Origin: Candidatus Collierbacteria bacterium
GTDB lineage: Bacteria; Patescibacteriota; Microgenomatia; UBA1400; JACPES01
Assembly: GCA_016219325.1 (NCBI GenBank)
Contig: JACRNH010000024.1
Span: 1,789-65,788, forward strand
Direction of reading: 5' to 3'
DNA: 64,000 nucleotides
Position 1 is the stretch's first letter, and each line of letters begins with the position of its first letter. The notes below the pieces were generated by a model. That model had not been told where the DNA came from and searched no databases. It saw only the letters and a list, made by a program, of their open reading frames with translations. Positions 20,583-29,294 of the stretch are shown here, one piece after another. The translations under genes and the position numbers were made by a program.

Positions 20583-20657
20583 TGGTGACCCCACCGGGAG
20601 TCGAACCCGAGTTTACAGGATGAGAACCTGCCGTCCTAGCCATTAGACGATGGGGCC
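20583..20657 (-). tRNA. tRNA-Glu (anticodon CTC), CCA encoded
   Basis: GGCCCCATCGTCTAATGGCTAGGAC-GGCAGGTTCTCATCCTGT-AAACTCGGGTTCGACTCCCGGTGGGGTCACCA cloverleaf. Confidence 0.95.
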
Positions 20658-20736
20658 TGTTTCTAAACTATGCAGAATTATATCAATCCCTAGGTTATAA
20701 TTCTTATTGTCTTTATAATGTTTATCGCTTATAAAC

Positions 20737-20807
20737 TGCGGGATCTGCTAATGGTAGGCAAGCTGGCTCTGAACCAGTAAATCTAGGTTCGATTCCTAGT
20801 CCCGCAA
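20737..20807 (+). tRNA. tRNA-Gln (anticodon CTG), CCA not encoded
   Basis: TGCGGGA acceptor, GCTGG-CTCTGAA-CCAGT anticodon arm, CTAGGTTCGATTCCTAG T arm, TCCCGCA-A then CAA. Confidence 0.95.
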
Positions 20808-20820
20808 CAAATCTTTTATT

Positions 20821-22110
20821 ATGTTTCCCAAACTTAAAAAATTCTTCAAAAATTTGGGTCCCGGATTAATTACCGGCGCGGCCGACGATGACCCGTCTGG
20901 AATTGCCACATATTCCCAGACCGGAGCCCAATTTGGCTACGGAATGTTGTGGACGGCAATATTTATGCTGCCTTTTCAGGCCGGAGTTCAAGAGGCGGCG
21001 GCAAGGATTGGGGCGGTAACAGGAAGAGGAATTGCCGCTAATATCAAGCAGATCTTTGGTAAAAAAATTCTTTATCCGGTGGTGTTTCTATTAGTGGTAG
21101 CCAATACTATTAATATCGGAGCGGACATCGGGGCCATGGCCGCGGCCGCGGATTTAATTTTTCCAATCGGTTTTATTCCTTTTGCTCTGGTATTTACATC
21201 AATAATCTTGCTTTTGGAAATTTTTACTTCTTACAAAGTCTATTCAAAGATCTTGAAATGGTCGGTGGTAACTCTTTTAGCATATCCGGTTACAGTTTTT
21301 ATGATCAATCAGCCTTGGAAAACGGTTTTGGCGGCGACTTTCATCCCTCATCTTGAATTTAGTTTTCAATTTTTGTTTATCATAACCGGAGTTTTAGGGA
21401 CTACTATTTCTCCTTATATGTTTTTTTGGCAGGCATCAACAGAGGTTGAAGAAGAAAAGCAAGCCGGGTTTTTAAAATATGACGGAAGACCATGGATGAA
21501 CAATCAGTTTATGCGTAATTTAAGGCTGGATAATTTTGTGGGGATGTTATCTTCAGAAATCGGAACTTGGGCAATTATATTAGTGGCGGCAACAGTTCTT
21601 AATTCGCATGGAATAACCGATATTAAAACAGCTGCCGATGCCGCCCGCGCCTTGGAACCGTTAGTTAATACTTTCCCTAATGCCGGATATTTAGCTAAAG
21701 CGATATTTGCGGTAGGAATTATGGGCTTGGGGTTTTTGTCCATTCCGGTATTGGCCGGTTCGGCCGCTTATGCTGTCGCGGAAACGTTTAATTTTAAAGA
21801 AGGTTTAAACTTAAAATTCAAGAAAGCCCCGGGATTTTACGGGATTATTATCGTTTCTATGTTGATAGGATTGCTAATAAATTTTATCGGGGTTGATCCG
21901 ACTAAAGCTTTGGTTTATACAGCGGTAATCAACGGAGTAGTGGCAGTTCCCTTGATTTTTGTGATCGCCAAAATCGCAAACGACGGATCGGTTTTAGGCC
22001 AATATAAAAGCGGCAAGCTTAGTAATTTTTTAATCGGGATTGCGTTTACTGGTCTTGCCTTAGCCGCTCTCGGAATGTTGCTAAGCCTTGCATTGTCATT
22101 CCGGGCGTAG
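20821..22110 (+). CDS. Nramp-family divalent metal transporter
   Basis: LGPGLITGAADDDPSGI, LGTTISPYMFFWQ, many TM segments. Confidence 0.92.
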   Translation: MFPKLKKFFKNLGPGLITGAADDDPSGIATYSQTGAQFGYGMLWTAIFMLPFQAGVQEAAARIGAVTGRGIAANIKQIFGKKILYPVVFLLVVANTINIGADIGAMAAAADLIFPIGFIPFALVFTSIILLLEIFTSYKVYSKILKWSVVTLLAYPVTVFMINQPWKTVLAATFIPHLEFSFQFLFIITGVLGTTISPYMFFWQASTEVEEEKQAGFLKYDGRPWMNNQFMRNLRLDNFVGMLSSEIGTWAIILVAATVLNSHGITDIKTAADAARALEPLVNTFPNAGYLAKAIFAVGIMGLGFLSIPVLAGSAAYAVAETFNFKEGLNLKFKKAPGFYGIIIVSMLIGLLINFIGVDPTKALVYTAVINGVVAVPLIFVIAKIANDGSVLGQYKSGKLSNFLIGIAFTGLALAALGMLLSLALSFRA

Positions 22111-22122
22111 ACCCGGAATCTA
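22094..22122 (+). repeat. Family D repeat supplying the Nramp stop codon
   Basis: TGTCATTCCGGGCGTAGACCCGGAATCTA; TAG at 22108-22110 is in the loop. Confidence 0.85.
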
Positions 22123-22207
22123 TATAAATTTATTTTCAACGTCTAATTTCCTCTAAATTCTTTTAGAATCCTATAAAACTATTCAAAAATTCTGTTTAAT
22201 TCGGTTT

Positions 22208-22241
22208 CGTCGTTGCGAGGAGCTTGCGACGTGGCAATCTA
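22208..22241 (+). repeat. Family D variant (TTGCGAGG...GGCAATCT type)
   Basis: CGTCGTTGCGAGGAGCTTGCGACGTGGCAATCTA; close to 46827-46860. Confidence 0.8.
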
Positions 22242-22289
22242 TATATTATCTGGCATTAATTTTAATTGTTGTTTAAAATAGAATCACTT

Positions 22290-22967
22290 ATGCCCAAATT
22301 TCCATCCCGTCTTTTTCCTTTAATTCTTCTCTTCCTTCTTTTTCCCTCTTTAATTCTCAACGCGTTTTTACTCCAAAGAACAAATAAGGCAGAAGAGGGG
22401 ATTAAGGTTTTAGGCGTAATTGACGGAGACACTCTGGTTTTGGACGGAAAAGTCAGATTAAGGCTAAGAAGCGTTGACGCTCCGGAGCTGGATTTTTGCG
22501 GCGGCCCCGAAGCCAAGCAGGAATTGGAACGGCTAGTTTCAGAAAAAAAAGTGGCGGTAAAGGAACAAATTATTGATCAGAGAGGCCGGCCGATGGGTTT
22601 AGTTTATGCAGATGGGAAATCGGTGAATGAGCAGATATTGACTTCCGGGTGGGGACGGTTCCATAGCGATATTACGGATGAGAAGGAAAATTTAAAAGCA
22701 GCCTACGAAAAAGCTAAAGAACAAAAATTAGGGATTTGGGGTCCAAAATGTCAACAAACTGAAAATACGGATAATCCTAAATGTAATATCAAAGGTAATA
22801 TCGATAAAAATTCCGACCGTAGAAATTATTATTTCCCCGGATGCGCTCAATACAACTTTACGATTGTGGAGAAAGATATGGGAGAGGGTTGGTTTTGCTC
22901 CGAAAAAGAAGCTCAAAAAGCCGGTTACACCCGTTCCAAAACTTGCTTCACCCCTTATGTCCCTTAA
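22290..22967 (+). CDS. Thermonuclease (SNase-like) with C-terminal Cys-rich domain
   Basis: VIDGDT, RLRSVDAPE, DQRGR, A...KLGIW; CNIKGNI...YYFPGC...WFCSEKEA; ATG 22290 preferred to TTG 22266. Confidence 0.9.
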   Translation: MPKFPSRLFPLILLFLLFPSLILNAFLLQRTNKAEEGIKVLGVIDGDTLVLDGKVRLRLRSVDAPELDFCGGPEAKQELERLVSEKKVAVKEQIIDQRGRPMGLVYADGKSVNEQILTSGWGRFHSDITDEKENLKAAYEKAKEQKLGIWGPKCQQTENTDNPKCNIKGNIDKNSDRRNYYFPGCAQYNFTIVEKDMGEGWFCSEKEAQKAGYTRSKTCFTPYVP

Positions 22968-22999
22968 TCTCTTAAATTCCCCTAATCCCCCTTATCTCC

Positions 23000-23821
23000 C
23001 TAATCTCTCTTACTTATTTTTATAAACCTTTTCCTTCCAAATTGATCTTTTATGATTTTTGCCCTGAAGTTTTTCGGAAGTTCCAAATCTTTAATTCTAT
23101 GTGTCTCGTCAATCTCCAAAAGTAAAACACCTTTAGATTTTAGCCTTGCCTGCGATTGAGCAATTAATTTATTGATCAATTTTAACCCATCCGGCCTGCC
23201 GTCGAGAGCTAAACGCGGTTCAAAATCTTTAACGGACTTCGGTAGTTTTGAAATTCTGGCAGAGGGAATATATGGAAGGTTGGCAATAATTAGATCAAAC
23301 CTTAAGTCTTTTGGGTAGCTATCAAACAAATCGCTTTCTAACCACACTAGCCACAAAAGGCCAGGCCTTTTTAAAAAGGCCTGGCCTTTTGTGGCTCTTA
23401 TGAGTCTTGAAATGTTTTCTTCCGCCACTTTCAACGCTTCTTCGGAAATATCAGACATATATATAGTAGGTTGAATTTCTAATTTAACTAATTCCAGATA
23501 TAGAGTAATCCCAATGCATCCGCATCCAGTTCCAAGGTCGGCGATGATTGGGGAGTAAGGAGTAGAAAGTAAAGAGCAAGAGCTAAGAATTTTTATGGCT
23601 TCGTCAATGAGCTGTTCGGTCTCAATCCGCGGGATTAAAACGTGTTTATTAACCTTAAAATCCCGACCGTAAAACTCCGCCCATCCGGTAATATATTCCA
23701 CCGGCATTTCACCATACTTTTTTAATTGTGAAGTTTGTCCTGCTAAGCAGGATCCTGCTCCGCAGGACGAAACTTTCCATTTCGCTAGCCAATTTATCTC
23801 CCTAGGGGAAAATTGCCTCAT
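23000..23821 (-). CDS. prmC: Release factor glutamine methyltransferase (HemK/PrmC)
   Basis: PVEYITG..EFYG..F.V...VLIPR.ETE, DLGTGCGCI, ANLPYI, FEP.LALDG..DGL. Confidence 0.92.
   Translation of the reverse strand: MRQFSPREINWLAKWKVSSCGAGSCLAGQTSQLKKYGEMPVEYITGWAEFYGRDFKVNKHVLIPRIETEQLIDEAIKILSSCSLLSTPYSPIIADLGTGCGCIGITLYLELVKLEIQPTIYMSDISEEALKVAEENISRLIRATKGQAFLKRPGLLWLVWLESDLFDSYPKDLRFDLIIANLPYIPSARISKLPKSVKDFEPRLALDGRPDGLKLINKLIAQSQARLKSKGVLLLEIDETHRIKDLELPKNFRAKIIKDQFGRKRFIKISKRD
23349..23396. repeat. Perfect 48-bp palindrome inside prmC (family A)
   Basis: AGCCACAAAAGGCCAGGCCTTTTT|AAAAAGGCCTGGCCTTTTGTGGCT; translated as RATKGQAFLKRPGLLWL. Confidence 0.92.
23738..23767. repeat. 30-bp double-hairpin element inside prmC (family B)
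   Basis: TCCTGCTAAGCAGGA-TCCTGCTCCGCAGGA. Confidence 0.88.
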
Positions 23822-24591
23822 TTTATGAAGTTCCAGAAAGCGATTGCCAAAACGATCCGGTAGATTCCAAATGCGGCCAGTGAGTGCTTTTTCATAAACT
23901 TAATCAGCCATTTAACCGTGATTTTGGCGGCTATAAATGAAACTATAAAACCGATAATCAATAGTTTAACGTCGCTGGCAGAGAAATATTTGTACGATTT
24001 GATTAAATCCAAGCCGGTAGCCGCTGCCATCGTTGGGACGGCAAGAAGAAAAGAAAATTCAACCGCGCTTGAACGTGATAATCCAACAGACATTCCCCCA
24101 ATGATTGTGGCTGCGGCTCTGGAAACACCCGGAATCATTGAAATGGCTTGTGATAGTCCTATCAATAAACATGGCTTTAAGTTTAGTTCCTCAAACGTTA
24201 AATCATTTTTAATTTTTATTTTAGCCAAAATTTTTTCTAAAATGATCAATAAAATTCCTCCGATAAAAAGTGAGACTAAAACAATCCGCGGATCACCAAT
24301 TAAATATTGTTTAATAAATTTGTACAGAATAAATCCGATTATCGCCGAAGGCAGGAAAGCGGCCAATATTTTCGGATACAATTTTTTATTATCAAGAAGT
24401 TTTTTAAAATAAAGGACAACAACAGCCATTGTCGCTCCAAACTGAATAATAATTTCAAAACTTTTGACAAACCCCGTTTGGGCGATATTTAACAATTTGG
24501 ACGCCAAGATTAAATGGCCTGTTGACGAAATCGGTAAGAATTCGGTTATACCCTCAACGATGGATAAAACTAGAGTTTGGATTAAATTCAT
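23818..24591 (-). CDS. uppP: Undecaprenyl-diphosphate phosphatase
   Basis: VEGITEFLPISSTGHL, IPGVSR, FSFLLAVP, FGIYRI. Confidence 0.96.
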   Translation of the reverse strand: MNLIQTLVLSIVEGITEFLPISSTGHLILASKLLNIAQTGFVKSFEIIIQFGATMAVVVLYFKKLLDNKKLYPKILAAFLPSAIIGFILYKFIKQYLIGDPRIVLVSLFIGGILLIILEKILAKIKIKNDLTFEELNLKPCLLIGLSQAISMIPGVSRAAATIIGGMSVGLSRSSAVEFSFLLAVPTMAAATGLDLIKSYKYFSASDVKLLIIGFIVSFIAAKITVKWLIKFMKKHSLAAFGIYRIVLAIAFWNFIK

Positions 24592-24608
24592 TGTTAATAG
24601 GTCAATTT

Positions 24609-24693
24609 TGTCATTCCGAGCGATCCGCCAACCGGCGGAGAGCGTGGGAATCTCTTGTCAGATTGCCACGTCACTACGTTTCTCGCAATGACA
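24609..24693. repeat. Inverted doublet of family D units, left unit carrying a nested TCCGCC-AACC-GGCGGA hairpin
   Basis: TGTCATTCCGAGCGA[TCCGCCAACCGGCGGA]GAGCGTGGGAATCT then AGATTGCCACG...TCGCAATGACA. Confidence 0.8.
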
Positions 24694-24726
24694 ACTACAA
24701 AACTTGTTTATGTTATCATTTCCCTT

Positions 24727-26019
24727 ATGACCATCGGGGTAGTCGGAGTCGGTTTCGTCGGTTTAGTAACTGCGGCTGTTTTTTCCAAATTCGGAAATAC
24801 AGTTTGGGCGGTTAACAGAGATAAACAAAAATCAGATGACCTAAAAAATGGCAAGATTCCTTTTTTTGAACCCGGGTTGGAGGAATTGGTAAAAGAAAGC
24901 GTTGAGGCTGGCAGGCTTAAATTTACCACACAGTATTCAGACGCTATTTCAGATGCTGATGTAGTAATGATCGCCGTTGGCACTCCATCGGCTCCGGATG
25001 GAACTGCTGATTTATCCGCGGTTTTTGGGGCTGCTAAATCTTTGGCTCCGTATATCAAAACAGGGGCGATTGTTATTGTTAAGTCTACTGTTCCTCCCGG
25101 GACCAACGATAAAGTTAGGGAAATTATTGGAACCGTTACTAAAAAGCAGTTTTATACCGCTTCCGTTCCGGAATTTCTACGTGAAGGAACCGCGGTTGAC
25201 GATACTCTTCATCCCGACAGAATTCTGATCGGTTCCAATGAGCCGGCGGTGATTAAAAAACTTCTAGAATTGCACCGGCCCTTAAACGGTGAAACCGTGA
25301 TTATGCGCCCGGAATCTGCCCAGCTGACCAAGTACTCATCCAATGCTTATCTGGCAAACCGGATTGTGTTTATTAACCAAATTTCCGATCTGGCCGAAAA
25401 AACCGGAGCCGACGTCCAGGAAATTATCCGCGGAATGGGATTGGACAGCAGAATAGGATTGCATTATTGGTGGCCGGGATTGCAATATGGGGGTAGTTGC
25501 TTCCCTAAAGACGTTAAGGAATTGGCAGCTTATGCCAGGCGAGTTGGTGAGGGCGACGGATTATTTGAAAAAATAGATCAGCTTAATGAAAACCGGTTAT
25601 TAAAATTACTAACCAGATTTGAAAAAGCCGTTGGTGGGTGGAACGGTAAAACAGTTGCGGTTTTGGGATTGTCCTTTAAACCGAATACTGATGACATGCG
25701 GGAAGCGCCTTCAATGAAAGTCATTCCGTTGTTAACTGCCGCCGGAGCCGCAGTTTACGTCTATGATCCACAGGCATCAGGCCATGCTAAAAAAATATTG
25801 GGCGATAGTGTGGCAAAATATGCAGTTAATCCTTATGAAGCCGTAAAAGGAGCAACCGCGTTAATGATTTTGGTGGAATGGGATGAGTTTAAATCTTTGG
25901 ATTTGCCAAAGATAAAAAAGAATATGACCCCGGGCGCGGTTTTCATCGATACCAGAAATTTATACGATCCTCAAATAATCAAAGAAGCAGGATTGAAATA
26001 CGTTGGAATCGGGAGGTAA
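24727..26019 (+). CDS. ugd: UDP-glucose 6-dehydrogenase
   Basis: GVGFVG, AVGTP, KSTVPPGT, PEFLREG, YGGSCFPKD, FKPNTDDMRE; start moved to 24727 because the upstream extension is repeat-derived. Confidence 0.95.
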   Translation: MTIGVVGVGFVGLVTAAVFSKFGNTVWAVNRDKQKSDDLKNGKIPFFEPGLEELVKESVEAGRLKFTTQYSDAISDADVVMIAVGTPSAPDGTADLSAVFGAAKSLAPYIKTGAIVIVKSTVPPGTNDKVREIIGTVTKKQFYTASVPEFLREGTAVDDTLHPDRILIGSNEPAVIKKLLELHRPLNGETVIMRPESAQLTKYSSNAYLANRIVFINQISDLAEKTGADVQEIIRGMGLDSRIGLHYWWPGLQYGGSCFPKDVKELAAYARRVGEGDGLFEKIDQLNENRLLKLLTRFEKAVGGWNGKTVAVLGLSFKPNTDDMREAPSMKVIPLLTAAGAAVYVYDPQASGHAKKILGDSVAKYAVNPYEAVKGATALMILVEWDEFKSLDLPKIKKNMTPGAVFIDTRNLYDPQIIKEAGLKYVGIGR

Positions 26020-26023
26020 TATC

Positions 26024-26097
26024 ATGTGAACATGGGAACATGAGAGCATTAATAAATTCATAAAAATGCTCCAATGTTCTAATGTTCCAATGCTCAA
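26024..26097. repeat. Inverted pair of degenerate 8-mer tandem tracts
   Basis: CATGTGAA CATGGGAA CATGAGAG CAT ... ATGCTCCA ATGTTCTA ATGTTCCA ATGCTCAA. Confidence 0.7.
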
Positions 26098-26982
26098 ATG
26101 AACATTCTAGTCACAGGCTCTTCCGGTTTTGCCGGCCGCCATTTAACCAAGTATCTTCAGGTCAAAGGCCATACTGCCTTGATTCCGGAAATTGATTTAT
26201 TAAATGCCACCGAAACGGAAGTAGTCATTTCAAAGCAAAAATTCGATGCGGTTGTCCATTTGGCGGCAATGGCTGAAGTCGGAACAAGCATGATTTCTCC
26301 GGCTAAAATTCTGCGGAATAATATTTTCGCCCAATTGAATTTATTGGAAGCCCTAAGACGGAGAAATTCTAAAGCTAGAGTTTTAATAATCTGTAGCGCC
26401 GACGAATATGGCGGAAGTCAGGAAGGGTCCATTGATGAAAATGCTCAGTTTATGCCGGCCAGTCCTTACGCTGTTTCCAAGATAGCCCAGGATTTTTTAG
26501 GTCTGCAATATTTTTTATCTTACGGATTAAACATTATCCGGTTAAGGCCGTTTAATCACATCGGCGAAGGTCAGCGGATTGGTTTCGTGGTCCCGGATTT
26601 TGTTAAGCAGATCGTGGAGATAGAGAAAAGCGGTCAATCAGGCGAAATAATAGTCGGCAATTTAGAGGCTGTCCGCGACTTTACCGATGTTCTTGATATG
26701 GTTTCGGCTTATGAATTGGCTTTGATAAAAGGCCAGGCAGGTGAAGTTTATAACGTTGGTTCCGGCAAGGGGGTTAAAATTTCTTATTTATTAAACCAGC
26801 TTGTCAAAATGTCTAAGGCTAAAATAAAAATTACGGTTGATGAATCAAGATTTCGTCCCGGGGAACCTTCGCAACTAATATGTAATTCGGAGAAATTTAT
26901 GAAAGCCACCGGCTGGAAACCTGAAATCCCTTTGGAAAAAACTTTAGAAAGAGTGCTAGAATGGTGGAGGAAGACTAGGTAA
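26098..26982 (+). CDS. GDP-4-keto-6-deoxy-mannose reductase-like NAD-dependent epimerase/dehydratase (Rmd-like)
   Basis: GSSGFAG, YAVSK, RPFNHIG.GQ...FV, GNLEAVRDFTDV; adjacent to gmd. Confidence 0.8.
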   Translation: MNILVTGSSGFAGRHLTKYLQVKGHTALIPEIDLLNATETEVVISKQKFDAVVHLAAMAEVGTSMISPAKILRNNIFAQLNLLEALRRRNSKARVLIICSADEYGGSQEGSIDENAQFMPASPYAVSKIAQDFLGLQYFLSYGLNIIRLRPFNHIGEGQRIGFVVPDFVKQIVEIEKSGQSGEIIVGNLEAVRDFTDVLDMVSAYELALIKGQAGEVYNVGSGKGVKISYLLNQLVKMSKAKIKITVDESRFRPGEPSQLICNSEKFMKATGWKPEIPLEKTLERVLEWWRKTR

Positions 26983-27057
26983 GAAAATAATGAGTAAGAA
27001 GTAATGAGTAATGAATTTTTTGATCATTATTTCTTACTTTCTACTCATTACTCATTA
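26982..27057. repeat. Inverted pair of degenerate 7-mer tandem tracts at gene junction
   Basis: AATGAGT AAGAAGT AATGAGT AATGAAT ... ATTTCTT ACTTTCT ACTCATT ACTCATT. Confidence 0.85.
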
Positions 27058-28089
27058 ATGTCACGAAAAGCATTTATCACCGGCATTACCGGCCAGGACG
27101 GAAGTTATTTAGCGGAATTTCTTTTGGATAAGGGTTATGAAGTTTATGGCTTGATCCGCCGGACTTCAACGGTATCAACTGAACGAGTCTCTCATCTTTT
27201 GCATAAAATTTCAGTAGTCGACGGCGACTTAACCGATCAGCATTCGTTAACGCAGGCCATCCGCGACGTCCAGCCGGATGAAATTTATAATTTGGCGGCT
27301 CAATCTTTTGTTCCGACTTCGTTTAAGCAGCCGGTTTTAACCAGCGAAGCTACGGCTTTAGGGGTTACCAGAATGTTGGAGGCTATTCGCATCGCCAAGC
27401 CGGATACTAAATTTTATCAGGCGAGTTCTTCGGAAATGTTCGGTAAAGCGGTTGAAGTTCCGCAGTCGGAAACAACTCCATTTTATCCCCGTAGTCCTTA
27501 TGGTGTAGCCAAGGTCTACGGTCATTGGATCACGGTTAATTACCGGGAGTCATATAATCTTTTTGCCTGTTCAGGGATACTTTTTAATCATGAATCACCC
27601 CGCCGCGGTTTGACTTTTATTACCCGTAAAATCTCCATGAGCGTGGCTTGTCTGGCTACGGATTTGAAATGGGTGCCTCAAAATGAGATTGGCGAACCTT
27701 TAGTCGGACAGGATAAAAAAATCGCCATTGGCAATCTTGAATCTAAACGCGATTGGGGATTTGCCGGAGATTATGTTGAGGCGATGTGGTTGATGCTGCA
27801 GCAGTTAAAACCGGATGATTTTGTGATCGGAACAGGGGAAACCCATTCTGTCAGAGATTTTCTGGAGGCGGCTTTTGAGGTAGTTCAAATTAAAGATTGG
27901 GAAAAGCATATTAAAGTTGACAAGCGCTTTTACCGTCCGGCTGAAGTAGATCTATTGATTGCCGATCCTTCCAAGGCAAACCGGAAACTAAATTGGAAGC
28001 CAAAAACAAGTTTTAAGGATTTAGTAAAAATGATGGTGGAATATGATATAAAATTTGTGAAAAGGCAAATCGAAGGTAATCAAAAATGA
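27058..28089 (+). CDS. gmd: GDP-mannose 4,6-dehydratase
   Basis: [50 protein letters not shown]; start moved to 27058. Confidence 0.97.
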   Translation: MSRKAFITGITGQDGSYLAEFLLDKGYEVYGLIRRTSTVSTERVSHLLHKISVVDGDLTDQHSLTQAIRDVQPDEIYNLAAQSFVPTSFKQPVLTSEATALGVTRMLEAIRIAKPDTKFYQASSSEMFGKAVEVPQSETTPFYPRSPYGVAKVYGHWITVNYRESYNLFACSGILFNHESPRRGLTFITRKISMSVACLATDLKWVPQNEIGEPLVGQDKKIAIGNLESKRDWGFAGDYVEAMWLMLQQLKPDDFVIGTGETHSVRDFLEAAFEVVQIKDWEKHIKVDKRFYRPAEVDLLIADPSKANRKLNWKPKTSFKDLVKMMVEYDIKFVKRQIEGNQK

Positions 28090-29237
28090 CAGACCAATCG
28101 AAAAAACAAATTGTGGTCATGGTGATTCCCACCTACGATGAAAAGGGAAATATCGGACGGGCCATAGATGAGCTTCAAACAGTTTTCATGAAAGTCCCTG
28201 ACAATTACGAAATGCATATATTGGTTGTTGACGATTCTTCTCCTGACGGAACGGCAGATGAGGTCAGAGAAAAGATGAAAAAGCTGAAAAATGTTCATCT
28301 TTTAATAAATAAAAAAAAGATGGGATTGGGCGGAGCTTATTTATCCGGAATGAAGTATGCCGTTGAAAAATTAAACCCGGATATTTTTTTTGAATTTGAC
28401 GCCGACCTATCGCATGACCCTAAATTAGTCCCTCAATTTTTAGCCAAACTGGAAGAAGGATACGATCTGGTGCTGGGCAGCCGTTATATAAAGGGCGGAG
28501 CCATCCCTGATAATTGGGGACTTAAAAGAAAGTTCTACAGCGTTGTCGGGAATATGATTATCATGTTTGTTCTGACCGATTTCAGTATCCGCGACTGGAC
28601 CACCGGTTACCGAGCCATCCGCCGTTATGTTTACGATAAAGTCCATCCTTTGCTGGGAGAAGAGCGTTTTTTCGGATATACCTTTCAAATCGGTTTTCTG
28701 CATAAAGCCGTCAGGGCAGGATTTAAAGCCGGAGAAGTACCGTTAAAATTCGTAGACCGGACTCTGGGTCGCAGCAAACTCGGTGCCGAATACATCAAAA
28801 ACACCCTGATTTACATCTTTAAGGCCCGGTTTTTTGAACTCTTGCGATTCTTCAAGTTCGTCGCCGTCGGCTCTTTGGGGCTGGTAATCCAAACCGCCAT
28901 TTATTGGCTGTTAGGGTTCGGATTAAAATTATTTTCTCCGGCCATCGCCACCATTCTCGGCGGCCAAGTCGCCATTCTCTCCAATTTTATCCTGAACAAC
29001 GTCTGGACATTCGGCGACCGGAAAATTACTTCAACAACAAAATTGTTTCAGAAATTGATTGCTTTTTATACTACTTCAAATATTGCGGTTCTCCTGATTC
29101 AAGGCGGAATTATGAAAGCAGGCGAGATGTTGGTGGGAAAAGAGAATATTTTAATTCACGGATTTTATGTTGCTGCCTTAGTCTTAACACTCATCTTTAA
29201 TTTCACGGTTTACAATAAATATATTTGGAAGAAGTGA
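28086..29237 (+). CDS. Polyprenol-phosphate mannosyltransferase-like GT2 fused to a GtrA-like domain
   Basis: [35 protein letters not shown]; C-terminal four-TM region with KFVAVG and NNVWTF. Confidence 0.9.
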   Translation: MTDQSKKQIVVMVIPTYDEKGNIGRAIDELQTVFMKVPDNYEMHILVVDDSSPDGTADEVREKMKKLKNVHLLINKKKMGLGGAYLSGMKYAVEKLNPDIFFEFDADLSHDPKLVPQFLAKLEEGYDLVLGSRYIKGGAIPDNWGLKRKFYSVVGNMIIMFVLTDFSIRDWTTGYRAIRRYVYDKVHPLLGEERFFGYTFQIGFLHKAVRAGFKAGEVPLKFVDRTLGRSKLGAEYIKNTLIYIFKARFFELLRFFKFVAVGSLGLVIQTAIYWLLGFGLKLFSPAIATILGGQVAILSNFILNNVWTFGDRKITSTTKLFQKLIAFYTTSNIAVLLIQGGIMKAGEMLVGKENILIHGFYVAALVLTLIFNFTVYNKYIWKK

Positions 29238-29294
29238 AACTCCATACCGTCCACCAGTTAGCGAACTGGTACTGGGGTAAGCTATACTAGCTTC

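Noticed and set aside
23918-24412. Long antisense ORFs (e.g. 164 aa opposite uppP, 163 aa opposite rpoC, 132 aa opposite ugd)
   Set aside because: Shadow frames of well-supported genes with no recognisable motifs
24655-24726. N-terminal extensions of ugd (also gmd 27004, GT2 59207, YfhO 40191, DUF362 53797) in the ORF track
   Set aside because: Extensions are translations of repeats or of the opposite gene; conserved domains start at downstream ATGs
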